A stretch of DNA of 64,000 nucleotides from NCBI GenBank assembly GCA_963702005.1, contig OY969696.1, positions 3,136,001-3,200,000 on the forward strand, written 5' to 3'. This document shows positions 17,767 through 28,110 of this stretch, piece by piece. The notes beneath the pieces are model-generated. The model saw nothing but the letters and a program-made list of their open reading frames with translations. It made no database searches and was not told the origin of the DNA. The position numbers were made by a program, and so were the translations under genes. Source of the DNA: Candidatus Aminicenantes bacterium (GTDB lineage Bacteria > Acidobacteriota > Aminicenantia > Aminicenantales > JAFGBC01). Position 1 is the stretch's first letter; each line of letters opens with the position of its first letter.

Positions 17767-19899
17767 TCAATTTATTTTGAGCTTCGCGACGAAAGCGTCC
17801 GTGTAGCCGCCGGCGTTCCCGGCCTGGTACGGGTTGAGGACGGGCAGGTCGATGCTGTTCGTGAAGCCCGTCAGGAAAATCCCGCCCTGGGCATCCAGCT
17901 CTAGTCCCGAAAGCGCGTCCGAATAGGACCCTCCGAAGAGCGTGGAAAAGTACAGGCTCCGCCCGTCCCGCGAGAAGGCGGTCAGAAAACCGTCCCAGGT
18001 CCCCGACTTAGCGGCCTTGATGGCGTTTTTGACCGGGAAATAGACGCTGCTCGTCTCGCCCACGACATAGGCGCGCCCGTCGGCGTCGACCTTGAGGTCA
18101 AACGGAATCTCCTCGCCTTCCCCTCCCAGGTAGGTCGCATAGACGAGGGTCTTCCCGTCCGGACCGACCTTGGCTAAGAAGGCGTCGGCGGCTCCCGACC
18201 GGTTCTTGCGGAAAGCGTTCTTGACCGGGATGGTGCCGTAGGTGTATCCCGTTATATAGGCCGCGCCTTGGCCGTCGACCGCGACCGAGCAGCCGAACTC
18301 CATATTGGGACCACCCAGGTAGCTGCAGTATTCGAGATCGCCTCCGGACGGCGCCAACTTGAGGATGTACGCGTCGGTAAAGCCGCCGCCGTACTTTTTC
18401 TGGAACGCGTTCTTGACCTGCAGGTTCAAGGTGCCCGTCGACCCGATCGCGTAGACGGCCCCGGCGGCGTCGACCTTCAAGTCCGCAATCGAATTGTAGA
18501 ACCATCCGGACAGGCCAAGATCGTTCTCGTAGACCTTGGTCTTCCCATCGGCCTCGAGCTTCAGGATAAAGATGTCTGCCCCGCCGCCGATGACGCCCCG
18601 GTTGACAGGACCCCTGAACCCGCCATTGCCCTTTAGCCCCCCCAGGTAGAGAGCGCCCTTGGCGTCGACCGCCAGGGCCTCTACGGATTCCTGAAACGGG
18701 CCGCCGAGGTACGAGGAAAAGACCAGGCTTTTTCCGTTGGGGGCCAGCTTGAAGAAGAAGCCATCCATCCATCCGCCGCCGTATTTCGGCTGGTAGGCGT
18801 TTTTGACGGGGAAATGCTCGTTGTCAGTCATCCCCCCGAGGTAGGCGGCGCCCGACGGGTCGACTTTGAAGAGCGCCGCGCCGGAGTGCAAGAAGGTGTC
18901 GATGTTAACGCCGTTGAGCGGCCTGCTCCGAAGCGCGACCGGATCGGCCAGGACGCTTTCGGTCTTGCTCGCGGCCCCGATAAATCCCCAGAACCCGGCC
19001 GGGAAAAATGCCGAATACACCAGGCTCTTGCCGTCCGGCGCAAGCTTGGTGATGTAGGCGTCTATGCGCGGCTTATGGGCTTTGTTAGGGGGAAAATCGA
19101 TGCTGTCCGTGTATCCCGTGACATAGACCGCGCCGCTCGGGTCGATGCCGATCCCCCAAGCGTTGTCCATGGTTCGGCCGCCAAGGTAGGTCGAAAAGAC
19201 GAGGACTAACGGATCGATCACGAGCTCGCGGCCCCGATCATAGGGGCCCAATTCGAAACCGTAAGCGCCGCCGCTCAGGGGCCGGAACGCCGCCTCGACC
19301 TCGACGTGAGTTCCGTCGACGACCTGATAAGCGCGCGGCTTCTGGTGCTCGAGCTCGCCCGCGGCGGATTTGACGACAATCCCGCCGTCCCGATCGAGGC
19401 GGGCCTGGACGTTCCCCTCATAGCCGAACCGGATCTGACCCGGATCGGAGCCGGGCCGGACGATCCAGTCGTACTCGACCGTCTTCGCGGTCCCAAAGAC
19501 CTTGAGGTCGACACCCTCATAGACACCGCGGTAGAAAACGCCCCGCGACGTCGGGATGCCGGTGTGCCAGTCCGTCTCGTCCCGTCCGTCGAAATAGCTC
19601 ACATAATAGTCCGCCGGGTCGACAGCCCGGACCTCCACACCCGGCCGGACGTTCTCGAGGATCATCCGTGCCCCGTCGAAGAGCAGCTCGCGCCGGGTCA
19701 GCCGGAGCGTGTAGGCCGGCGTCTTGGCGTAATAAAGGGTCTCGGCATCGGTCTGCCCCTGGTTGGCGATGAAATAGAGCGGGACATCGCCGAAGCCGGG
19801 CTCGGCTTGGACCGGGAGCGTCTGTCCCGGCCGCGCCGTCGAGAGCGCCGCGACCAGGAGCAATAGACCGAGCGAAGCTGGGATGATAAGCTTTTTCAT
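17767..19899 (-). CDS. Secreted SBBP beta-propeller repeat protein, paralog A
   Basis: Signal peptide, PLYFIANQGQ N-domain, LVIDP, repeated STYLGG..AVD..G.AY.TG.T.S..FP. Confidence 0.9.
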   Translation of the reverse strand: MKKLIIPASLGLLLLVAALSTARPGQTLPVQAEPGFGDVPLYFIANQGQTDAETLYYAKTPAYTLRLTRRELLFDGARMILENVRPGVEVRAVDPADYYVSYFDGRDETDWHTGIPTSRGVFYRGVYEGVDLKVFGTAKTVEYDWIVRPGSDPGQIRFGYEGNVQARLDRDGGIVVKSAAGELEHQKPRAYQVVDGTHVEVEAAFRPLSGGAYGFELGPYDRGRELVIDPLVLVFSTYLGGRTMDNAWGIGIDPSGAVYVTGYTDSIDFPPNKAHKPRIDAYITKLAPDGKSLVYSAFFPAGFWGFIGAASKTESVLADPVALRSRPLNGVNIDTFLHSGAALFKVDPSGAAYLGGMTDNEHFPVKNAYQPKYGGGWMDGFFFKLAPNGKSLVFSSYLGGPFQESVEALAVDAKGALYLGGLKGNGGFRGPVNRGVIGGGADIFILKLEADGKTKVYENDLGLSGWFYNSIADLKVDAAGAVYAIGSTGTLNLQVKNAFQKKYGGGFTDAYILKLAPSGGDLEYCSYLGGPNMEFGCSVAVDGQGAAYITGYTYGTIPVKNAFRKNRSGAADAFLAKVGPDGKTLVYATYLGGEGEEIPFDLKVDADGRAYVVGETSSVYFPVKNAIKAAKSGTWDGFLTAFSRDGRSLYFSTLFGGSYSDALSGLELDAQGGIFLTGFTNSIDLPVLNPYQAGNAGGYTDAFVAKLKIN

Positions 19900-20127
19900 G
19901 CGATCCTCCTTAATTCCTGAAAAATTTTTCTTTTTTAGAATTTTATCGCCATTCCCTTCGCCATGTCAACCCCTCGACACCCATACTAAGCCGTTTCCGG
20001 CTTAGTATGAGGTAACATGATAGCGGAACGCACCTCCCTGACGAGTAACGCTGTGATACATTACTCGATGAATAAGAATCTCATAAGGAGGTGCGCGGCA
20101 GCCTTGCAGTACTCAGGGCTTCCATGA

Positions 20128-21165
20128 GTGATGTATTTTATAGGCGTAGACCATCACAAGCAAGTCTCGGTGATGACCGTCTTGGACGAGGATGGCCGGG
20201 AGCTGAGAAACGGTCGAGTGCTCAACCTGAGGAAAGAGCTGGGACGATTCCTGGAAGGATACCATCCGTTTACGGCTGTAATAGAGGCTGGCCGGTCGTC
20301 GTACGTTATGGCGGATCTCCTCCGGGAACTGGGCGGCGAGGTGAAGATGGCGAATGCGCTTCAGGTGAAAGCGATTGCGCATGCCCGGATCAAGACGGAC
20401 AAGCGCGATTCGAGGACGCTGGCCATGCTTCTGCGGGCAGGGCTGATTCCAGAGATCTATCAAAGGGAGGAGAGGAACCGGCGGGCGCAACGGGTGATGA
20501 GGATACGGGCTTATTGGACGCGCAAGCAAACGGAAGTCAAGAACAAGATCCGGGCGCTTTTAGCTCAGCAGAAAGAGGAAGTCCGGCTGGAAGTGGAAAA
20601 GCGGGAAGGGGGACTCTTCAGGACGAGGGGGTTGGAGTTTTTGACCAGGTTGTCGCTGGAGGGCCAGGACAAAATGGTTTTGGACGACCTGCTCCAGGGA
20701 TACAAGGAGGCCCAAGCTCATATCAGGAAGTCGGACGGACTCGTTCGTGTCCTGTATGGCGAGATCGAGGAAGCCTCTCGCATCGACAGCGTGCCGGGGT
20801 TTGCTACGACGTTGTCGGTCTTGGTGGCGGTCGAGATCGCCGACGTCCGGCGATTTTCCAGGCCGGCGGATCTTCATTCCTACGCCGGGGTGATCCCTTC
20901 GACCTACTCCTCGGGAGAGCGGACGGTTCACGGACACATCACCAAACAGGGGAACGCTTGGCTGAGATGGGCGGCCCTGGAAGCGGTCTATCCGGCGATC
21001 AAAAAAGACCTTGGGCTTCGGACTCTCTACAGCCGGCTGGCCAAAAGGAAGGGCCCGAACGCGGCCAAGATAGCGGTGGCCCGCCGGCTCCTGACCATCG
21101 TCTATCGAATCCTGACCGAGAACAGGACCTATATCCCAGACAGGATGAATCCCTCGGCTGCCTAG
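20128..21165 (+). CDS. IS110-family DEDD recombinase
   Basis: IGVDHHK, IEAG, KTDKRDS, SVPGF, YAGVIPS..SSGE..ITKQGN..LRW, AVARRL. Confidence 0.95.
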   Translation: MMYFIGVDHHKQVSVMTVLDEDGRELRNGRVLNLRKELGRFLEGYHPFTAVIEAGRSSYVMADLLRELGGEVKMANALQVKAIAHARIKTDKRDSRTLAMLLRAGLIPEIYQREERNRRAQRVMRIRAYWTRKQTEVKNKIRALLAQQKEEVRLEVEKREGGLFRTRGLEFLTRLSLEGQDKMVLDDLLQGYKEAQAHIRKSDGLVRVLYGEIEEASRIDSVPGFATTLSVLVAVEIADVRRFSRPADLHSYAGVIPSTYSSGERTVHGHITKQGNAWLRWAALEAVYPAIKKDLGLRTLYSRLAKRKGPNAAKIAVARRLLTIVYRILTENRTYIPDRMNPSAA

Positions 21166-21320
21166 AGCAGTACTTAACGGACTCGCGAGAGTCGCGTTCT
21201 CTATGAGGTTTAGGAGCCGAGACCGGATACTACAGTGCGCTCATAGGCGCGGATAGAAGGGTGGTTCAAGAAACCGAGGCAGCCATGAGGAGAAAGAATA
21301 AAAAAATGGCTTGCGGGGCT
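21166..21320 (+). ncRNA. Putative bridge/seek RNA of the IS1111-type element
   Basis: GCAGTACTT (21167-75) is the reverse complement of right junction 21339-47; TATGAGGT (21202-09) equals left junction 20006-13; GACTC-GCGA-GAGTC hairpin between them. Confidence 0.6.
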
Positions 21321-21473
21321 TGCGTTCCGCCATCATAGAAGTACTGCAAGGCTGGGCTTAGTGTCGGCGAACGGGTCAAGATAGAGCAGGGTTGTTTTCT
21401 CGGGCCGAGGTGACGATGGCCTCCCGGACGGCGTCCGTGACGATGGTATGGACGGAGACGACGTAGATCCGGT

Positions 21474-23606
21474 TCAATCCTTCTTAAGCTTCGCGACTAA
21501 AGCGTCCGTGTAGCCGCCGGCGTTCCCGGCCTGGTACGGGTTGAGGACGGGCAGGTCGATGCTGTTCGTGAAGCCCGTCAGGAAAATCCCGCCCTGGGCA
21601 TCCAGCGCCAGTCCCGAAAGCGCGTCCGAATAGGACCCTCCGAACAGCGTGGAAAAGTACAGGCTCCGCCCGTCCCGCGAGAAGGCGGTCAGAAAACCGT
21701 CCCAGGTCCCCGACTTGGCGGCCTTGATGGCGTCCTTGACAGGGAAATAGACGCTGCTCGTCTCGCCCACGACATAGGCGCGCCCGTCGGCGTCGACCTT
21801 GAGGTCAAACGGAATGTCATCGCCTTCCCCTCCCAGGTAGGTCGCATAGACAAGGGTCTTCCCGTCCGGGCTGACCTTGGCCAAGAAGGCGTCGGCCGCC
21901 CCTGTCCGGTTCTTGCGGAAAGCGTTCTTGACCGGGATGGTGCCGTAGGTGTAGCCCGTCATATAGGCCGCGCCCTGGCCGTCGACCGCGACCGAGCCGC
22001 CGAAATCCATGTTGCGACCGCCCAGGTAACTGCAGTATTCGAACTCGTCTCCGGACGGCGCCAGCTTGAAGATGAACGCATCGGTCCAGTCGCCGCCGTA
22101 CTTTTTCTGGAACGCATTCTTGACCGGCAGATTCAGGGTGCCGGTCGAACCGACCGCGTAGACGGCGCCGACGGCGTCGACCGTCAGGCCCGAAAGCGAA
22201 TCGAAGAACCATCCGGACAGTTTCAGATCCTTCTCGTAGACCTTGGTCTTTCCATCGGCCTCGAGCTTCACGATATAGACGTCTCCCCCGCCGCCGATGA
22301 TGCCCCGGTTGACGCGCGGAGAGATGGCCACATTCCCCTTTTGCCCCGCCAGGTAGAGAGCGCCCTTGGCGTCGACCGCCAGGGCCGCTAGGGATTCCTG
22401 AAACGAGCCGCCGAGGTACGAGGAAAAGACCAGGCTTTTTCCGTTGGGGGCCAGCTTGAGAAAGTAGCCGTCCTGCCATCCGCCGCCGTAGGTCGGCTGG
22501 TAGGCGTTCTTGACGGGGAAATGCTCGTTATCGGTGGAGCCGCAGAGATAGGCAGCGCCCGACGGGTCGACTTTGAAGCGCGCGGCGCCGGAGCCCGCGA
22601 AGATTGCGATGGCGGGGCCGTTGACCGGCCTGTTCGGAAGGGGGGCCGGCTCGGCCAAGGCGCGCCCGGTCCCGCCCCCGGCCAGGTAGAATCCCCAGAA
22701 ACCGACCGGGAAAAACGCCGAATAAACCAGGCTTTTACCGTCAGGCGAGAGCTTGGTGATGAAGACGTCCATTCGCGGCTTCTGGGCTTTATAGGGCGGG
22801 AAATCGATGCTGTCCGTGTATCCCGTGACATAGACCGCGCCGCTCGGGTCGATGCCGACTCCCCATGCGTCGTCCATCGTCCGGCCGCCCAGGTAGGTCG
22901 AAAAGACCAGGACAAGCGGATCGATCACGAGCTCGCGGCCTCGATCGTAAGGGCCCACTTCGAATCCGTAACCGCCGCCGTCCAAGGGCCGGAATGCCGC
23001 TTCGACCTCGACGCGAGTTCCGTCGACGATTTGATACGCGCGCGGCTTCCGATGCTCGAGCTCGCCCGCGGCGGATTTGACGACAATCCCGCCGTCCCGA
23101 TCAAGGCGGGCCTGGACGTCCCCCTCATAGCCGAACCGGATCTGATCCGGATCGGAGCCGGGCCGGACGATCCAGTCGTATTCGACCGTCTTCGCGGTCC
23201 CAAAGACCTTGAGGTCGACGCCCTCATAGACACCGCGGTAGAGAACGCCCCGCGACGTCGGGATGCCGGTGTGCCAGTCCGCTTCGTTCCGGCCGTCGAA
23301 ATAGCTCACATAGTAATCCGCCGGGTCGACGGCCCGGACCTCCACACCCGGCCGGACGTTCTCGAGGATCATCCGTGCCCCGTCGAAGAGCAGCGCGCGC
23401 CGGGTCAGCCAGAGCGTGTAGGCCGGCGTCCTGGCGTAGAACAGCGCCTCGGCATCGGTTTGCCCCTGGTTGGCGATGAAATAGAGCGGGATGTCGCCGA
23501 AGCCGGGCTCGGCTTGGACCGGGGGCGTTTGTCCCGGCCGCGCCGTCGAGAGCGCCGCGACCAGGAGCAACAGACCGAGCGAAGCTGGGATGAGAAGCCT
23601 TTTCAT
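21474..23606 (-). CDS. Secreted SBBP beta-propeller repeat protein, paralog B
   Basis: Same 710 aa length as paralog A and closely similar sequence. Confidence 0.9.
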   Translation of the reverse strand: MKRLLIPASLGLLLLVAALSTARPGQTPPVQAEPGFGDIPLYFIANQGQTDAEALFYARTPAYTLWLTRRALLFDGARMILENVRPGVEVRAVDPADYYVSYFDGRNEADWHTGIPTSRGVLYRGVYEGVDLKVFGTAKTVEYDWIVRPGSDPDQIRFGYEGDVQARLDRDGGIVVKSAAGELEHRKPRAYQIVDGTRVEVEAAFRPLDGGGYGFEVGPYDRGRELVIDPLVLVFSTYLGGRTMDDAWGVGIDPSGAVYVTGYTDSIDFPPYKAQKPRMDVFITKLSPDGKSLVYSAFFPVGFWGFYLAGGGTGRALAEPAPLPNRPVNGPAIAIFAGSGAARFKVDPSGAAYLCGSTDNEHFPVKNAYQPTYGGGWQDGYFLKLAPNGKSLVFSSYLGGSFQESLAALAVDAKGALYLAGQKGNVAISPRVNRGIIGGGGDVYIVKLEADGKTKVYEKDLKLSGWFFDSLSGLTVDAVGAVYAVGSTGTLNLPVKNAFQKKYGGDWTDAFIFKLAPSGDEFEYCSYLGGRNMDFGGSVAVDGQGAAYMTGYTYGTIPVKNAFRKNRTGAADAFLAKVSPDGKTLVYATYLGGEGDDIPFDLKVDADGRAYVVGETSSVYFPVKDAIKAAKSGTWDGFLTAFSRDGRSLYFSTLFGGSYSDALSGLALDAQGGIFLTGFTNSIDLPVLNPYQAGNAGGYTDALVAKLKKD

Positions 23607-23750
23607 GCAATCCTCCTTAACTCCCGAATAATTTACTTATTTTATTTTATAGCCATTCCCCTCGCCACGTCAAGGCAGGGTATGCGGAGGTATACAAGTT
23701 GAAGTATCGGGCAATTTATTCGCGACTTTCCACCGTCAGCCGAACGGGTC

Positions 23751-23964
23751 AAGGGGTGACCCTACGGCGAGTGGGCAATTAGCCCTCTCCGAGAGACGAT
23801 ATGAGAAGAAATCATCACGATAATCATCCAGGGCGGTGATTGTTAGATCCCTCCGCCCACCCTATTATGACAACCGAAGCGGGCAACACGATGAACGCAG
23901 CCGAATATGAACGTCAAGGATTAGGAGGCAACCTCTCCGCCGGGCCGGTCGGCGAAGAGTTGGC
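23751..23964 (+). repeat. ~210-bp inverted repeat, copy 1
   Basis: Aligns with the reverse complement of 29846-30057 (AAGGGGTGACCCT..ATCATCACGATAATCATCCA..AGAGTTGGC). Confidence 0.88.
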
Positions 23965-24093
23965 TCGGTCCGTGAGGAGGGGAGATTTATAGCACGGAGC
24001 GGCCATTCACCGCGCTGCGGAAAAAGCAAATTCTTATACATTTTATTTTCCGATCGTTGTATACTAACTGTAATTCGGAAAAGGAGCAAAGTC

Positions 24094-26013
24094 ATGAATC
24101 GTAAAAATGTAGTCCTCTTTATTTTCATCGGCTTGATGCTTATTATGAGCGTCTCCGCTACCTTAGTATCACAAGAAAGGATAAAACATCGTTCTTCCGG
24201 CAGAGACGTCTTGCTCCTGGAATTCCTGCTAGACCACAATGAAGTTCAGCGCCGGCACGTAAGAAATTCTTCTTCAAGAACCTCACTTGAGGCGTCAGCC
24301 ACCGCCGGAAGCTATACATTTTTGAGGAAATGGGGCGTTTTTGTCGGTGGCGGCAACGGAGAATTGTCCGGTCCTCGCGTAGTAGCCGTCGATAAATCCG
24401 GTATCGTCTATGTCGCTGATACCTACAACGACCGCATTCAGAAATTCAGCAGCAGCGGCAAATTTATCGCCAAGTGGGGTTCCTATGGCACGGGAAACGG
24501 ACAATTTAATTTTCTTTGCGGTATAGCCGTCGATAAATCCGGTAACGTCTATGTCACTGATTGCAACAACGACCGCATCCAGAAATTCAGCAGCAGCGGC
24601 AAATTTATCGCCAAGTGGGGTTCCTATGGCAGAGAAAACGGACAATTTAATTGGCCTCGCGGTATAACCACTGATATCTCCGGTAACGTCTATGTAGCTG
24701 ATACCTTCAACAACCGCATCCAGAAATTCAGCAGCAGCGGCGTATATTTAGCCCAGTGGGGTTCATGGGGCACAGGAAGTAAGGGACTTCAAGCTCCTAT
24801 GGGTATAACTATCGATAACTCCGGTAACGTGTATGTGGCTGATACGGGCAATCAGCGCATTCAGAAATTCAACCTTAACGGCGTAAATCTCATCACGTGG
24901 GGTTCATCAGGCACGGGGAACGGACAATTTAATCAGCCCTTTGGGATAACTGTCGACGCCTCCGGTAACGTCTATGTCGCTGATCGCGGCAATGACCGCA
25001 TCCAGAAATTCAGCGGCAGCGGCAAATATTTAGCCCAGTGGGGTTCATCAGGCACAGGGAACGGTCAATTTATGGCTCCTTGGGGTATAGCCGTCGATAA
25101 ATCCGGTAACGTCTTTGTAGCTGATCCCGGCAACAACCGCATCCAGAAATTCAACAGCGCCCATGTTTTCATCGCCAAGTGGGGTTCGCCCTGGGTAATT
25201 GGAAATAGCGAATTTTATAGTCCACAAGAAATAGCGCACGATAGTTCGCAAAATATTTATGTAGCCGATACTGGAAATAATCGCATCCAAAAGTTCAACA
25301 GCACCGGCACATTTCTCGCCAAGTGGGGCTCTTCTGGCACAGGGAACGGTCAATTGAATGCTCCTACCGGCATAACCATCGACAGCTCCGATAACGTCTA
25401 TGTAGCTGATGCCGGCAACAACCGCATCCAGAAATTCAGCAGCAGTGGCGCATATTTAATCCAGTGGGGTTCCTATGGCAAAGGGAATGGTCAATTTTGG
25501 TGGCCTGATGCTATAAATGTCGATAACTCCGGCAACGTCTATGTAGGTGATGCCGGCAACAGCCGCATCCAGAAATTCGACAGCAGCGGCGCATATTTAG
25601 CCCAATGGGGTTCCGATGGCACAGGGAACGGTCAATTTAATGGCCCTGATGGTATAACCACCGATAACTCCGGCAACGTCTATGTAGCTGATTGGGGCAA
25701 CAACCGCATCCAGAAATTCAGCAGCACCGGCGCATTTATCACCAAATGGGGTTCATCCGGCACAGGAAACGGACAATTTGATGGGCCTGAAGGCATAACT
25801 GTCGATAGCTCCGGTAATGTATATGTAGCTGATCTCAACGACCGTATCCAGAAATTCAGCAGCAGCGGCAAATTTATCACCACGTGGGGTTCATTAGGCT
25901 CAGGAAACGGACAATTTCGATTTCCTTTGGGTATAACTGTCGATATCTCCGGTAAAGTATATGTAGTTGATGTGACAAATAATTGTATACAAGTATTTAC
26001 CAAGGGAAAATAG
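24094..26013 (+). CDS. NHL-repeat (6-bladed beta-propeller) protein, about 12 repeats
   Basis: Tandem ~47-aa GQF..P.GI.VD.SGNVYVAD.GN.RIQKF..G.F..WGS repeats; N-terminal hydrophobic segment. Confidence 0.92.
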   Translation: MNRKNVVLFIFIGLMLIMSVSATLVSQERIKHRSSGRDVLLLEFLLDHNEVQRRHVRNSSSRTSLEASATAGSYTFLRKWGVFVGGGNGELSGPRVVAVDKSGIVYVADTYNDRIQKFSSSGKFIAKWGSYGTGNGQFNFLCGIAVDKSGNVYVTDCNNDRIQKFSSSGKFIAKWGSYGRENGQFNWPRGITTDISGNVYVADTFNNRIQKFSSSGVYLAQWGSWGTGSKGLQAPMGITIDNSGNVYVADTGNQRIQKFNLNGVNLITWGSSGTGNGQFNQPFGITVDASGNVYVADRGNDRIQKFSGSGKYLAQWGSSGTGNGQFMAPWGIAVDKSGNVFVADPGNNRIQKFNSAHVFIAKWGSPWVIGNSEFYSPQEIAHDSSQNIYVADTGNNRIQKFNSTGTFLAKWGSSGTGNGQLNAPTGITIDSSDNVYVADAGNNRIQKFSSSGAYLIQWGSYGKGNGQFWWPDAINVDNSGNVYVGDAGNSRIQKFDSSGAYLAQWGSDGTGNGQFNGPDGITTDNSGNVYVADWGNNRIQKFSSTGAFITKWGSSGTGNGQFDGPEGITVDSSGNVYVADLNDRIQKFSSSGKFITTWGSLGSGNGQFRFPLGITVDISGKVYVVDVTNNCIQVFTKGK

Positions 26014-26477
26014 GAAGCCTGGGCGACGCTTTAATAAGGAGCGGGATGATCGAGATGAAGAAGAGGGGTGGTCTCTGCGTGGCCTTAATCCTATTAGGAG
26101 TCACGCTGCTGATCCCCTGGGGAGAGGGGCGTAGCCTCGCGCCCGCGGAAAAGTGGGTGGCGCGGTACGACGGGCCGGATCAGGCCGAAGATTGCGCTAA
26201 AGCCATTGCCGTGGACGCCAATGGCAATGTCTATGTTACCGGATCGAGCGGATACTACAGTATCTATTACGGGAAAGCAGACGGCACCGATGGAAGGGAC
26301 GACTATGCCACCGTCAAGTACGATACGAACGGCAAACAGCTTTGGGCAGCAAGGTATAATGGGCGGCTTAACGGCTGGGATGAGCCAAGCGCCATTGCCG
26401 TGGACGGCTCAGGCAATGTTTATGTCACCGGATATAGCATGGGCGCGAAGTCTGACTATGCCACTATCAAGTATAGT

Positions 26478-27083
26478 AAAGATCCCCGCGGCAAGCCGCG
26501 GGGCATTAGGAGCGCAGCTTCAAGGCCAGCTGCGCAGGCCCTTGCTCCAGTTCTCGGTGACTGACGATGTACTTCGCGATCACATCCCTCGTCATCCGGT
26601 CTCCGACCGTCCTTGCGAAATATCCGTCCTCCCACACTTCCCCGCCCCACAGCTTCTTTTTCAAGCCCGCAAACTCGCGAAACAACCCCCTCCCACTCAT
26701 GCTCTTTATGATCCTGACGACCTCCCCGATCGATCGCGATGGCGGAAATGATACTAGCAAATGAATATGATCTTCGGTAATTTCCATCTCGATGATTTCA
26801 ATATCGTACGATTCGCAAATCTCTCCCACGATCTGTTTCGCTCGTTCCCGGACTTCCACCCGCTCGAAAATCTTCTTCCGGTACTTCGGACACCAGACCA
26901 GATGGTAGGACGTGTCGTAGACCGAATGACTCGTCCGTTTCAGCGTCACCCATATACTTTACCACACTCCCGAGCAAGGGCCTTTGTGGATAAGGGGGAC
27001 TTTCCGGTCCCCCTTATCACCCCCTCGGCAAGGCATACATTCCACCCCGTGGCAAGCCACGGGGCAGCCTGTAAAGCTTTCGT
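26478..27083 (-). mobile_element. IS200-group element (tnpA only)
   Basis: Subterminal hairpins CCCCG(C/T)GGCAAGCC(G/A)CGGGG at 26484-26503 and 27045-27064; boundaries set by restoring the host ORF. Confidence 0.85.
26506..26949 (-). CDS. tnpA: IS200/IS605 Y1 transposase
   Basis: YHLVWCPKYRK, DHIH (HUH), W..GYF..TVG..YI. Confidence 0.95.
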   Translation of the reverse strand: MTLKRTSHSVYDTSYHLVWCPKYRKKIFERVEVRERAKQIVGEICESYDIEIIEMEITEDHIHLLVSFPPSRSIGEVVRIIKSMSGRGLFREFAGLKKKLWGGEVWEDGYFARTVGDRMTRDVIAKYIVSHRELEQGPAQLALKLRS

Positions 27084-28110
27084 GCAAACGGCAAAGAGCT
27101 TTGGGTCCAAAGATATAACGGGCCTTATGGGGATCGTTATGATCAGTCCAAAGATCAGGCTTGTGCCATTGCCGTAGACGCCAAGGGCAATGTCTATGTC
27201 ACCGGGAGCAGCTCGGACCCGCAATCCTATGATGACTACGCCACTATCAAGTACGACCGCAACGGCAAACAGCTCTGGGTCAAAAGATTTATCGGGTCCA
27301 TAGAAAGCGGTCAATATGCAGATTCCCATGCAACGGCCATCGCCATAGACGGCTCGGGCAACGTCTATGTCACCGGATATAGCGCGCGTTCAGGCGGCGA
27401 TTACGTCTACGTTACCATCAAGTACAGCACAAACGGCGACGAGCTCTGGGTCAGCAAATATAAAGGGCCGAATGGAGGCGATGGTTTTGCATCTGCCATC
27501 GCGGTCGACAGTGCGGGCAACGTCTATGTCACCGGAGAGAGCCCGGGTTCAGGCGACAATAACGACTTGACAACCATCAAGATTAACCCAAACGGCAAAC
27601 AGCTCTGGGTCCAAAGGTACTTTGGGCCGCAAAAAAAACAATCCAATGCTTCCACCGAACCGACATGCTTCATTGCCGTGGACGGCTCGGGCAACGTCTC
27701 TGTCAGCGGGACGAGCCAGCGTTCGGGCGCCAGCTGCGACTATGCCACCATCAAGTACGACACAAACGGCCGACAGCTCTGGGTCCAAAGGTACGACGGG
27801 CCGACCCAACGCGATGACCGCCCGAGCGATGTGGCCGTAGACGGCTCGGGCAATGTCTATGTCACGGGATGGAGCAAAGGTTCAAGCTACTCCGATTGCG
27901 ACTATGTCACCATCATGTACAGCCCAAACGGCAAACAGCTTTGGCTGAAAAAGTATTGTGGGCCGGGCAACGGCCATGATGCGGCACACGCCATTGCCGT
28001 GGACGGCTCGGGCAATGTTTATGTCACCGGAGAGAGTCAAAGCTCGGGCGATTGGTGGTCGTATTCAGATTACGCCACCATAAAATATTAGATAGCTCCG
28101 ATCCCGAGGC

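Larger units (their letters stand above)
20011..21339 (+). mobile_element. IS110-family (IS1111-type) insertion sequence
   Basis: Subterminal IRs ATGATAGCGGAACGCA 20017-20032 and TGCGTTCCGCCATCAT 21321-21336 (15/16 match); ~170-bp downstream non-coding region. Confidence 0.85.
26046..28091 (+). pseudogene. SBBP-repeat secreted protein interrupted by IS200
   Basis: AIAVDGSGNVYVTG..DYATIKY..NG.QLW repeats; frame breaks after ..TIKYS (26477) and resumes at 27084 (ANGKELW), in frame with ORF 27567-28091. Confidence 0.85.

Noticed and set aside
17767-23606. Diversity-generating retroelement acting on SBBP paralogs
   Set aside because: No reverse transcriptase in the window, and the differences are not adenine-specific.
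24300-25960. CRISPR-like periodic repeats
   Set aside because: They are coding NHL repeats with a ~141-bp period and no cas genes.
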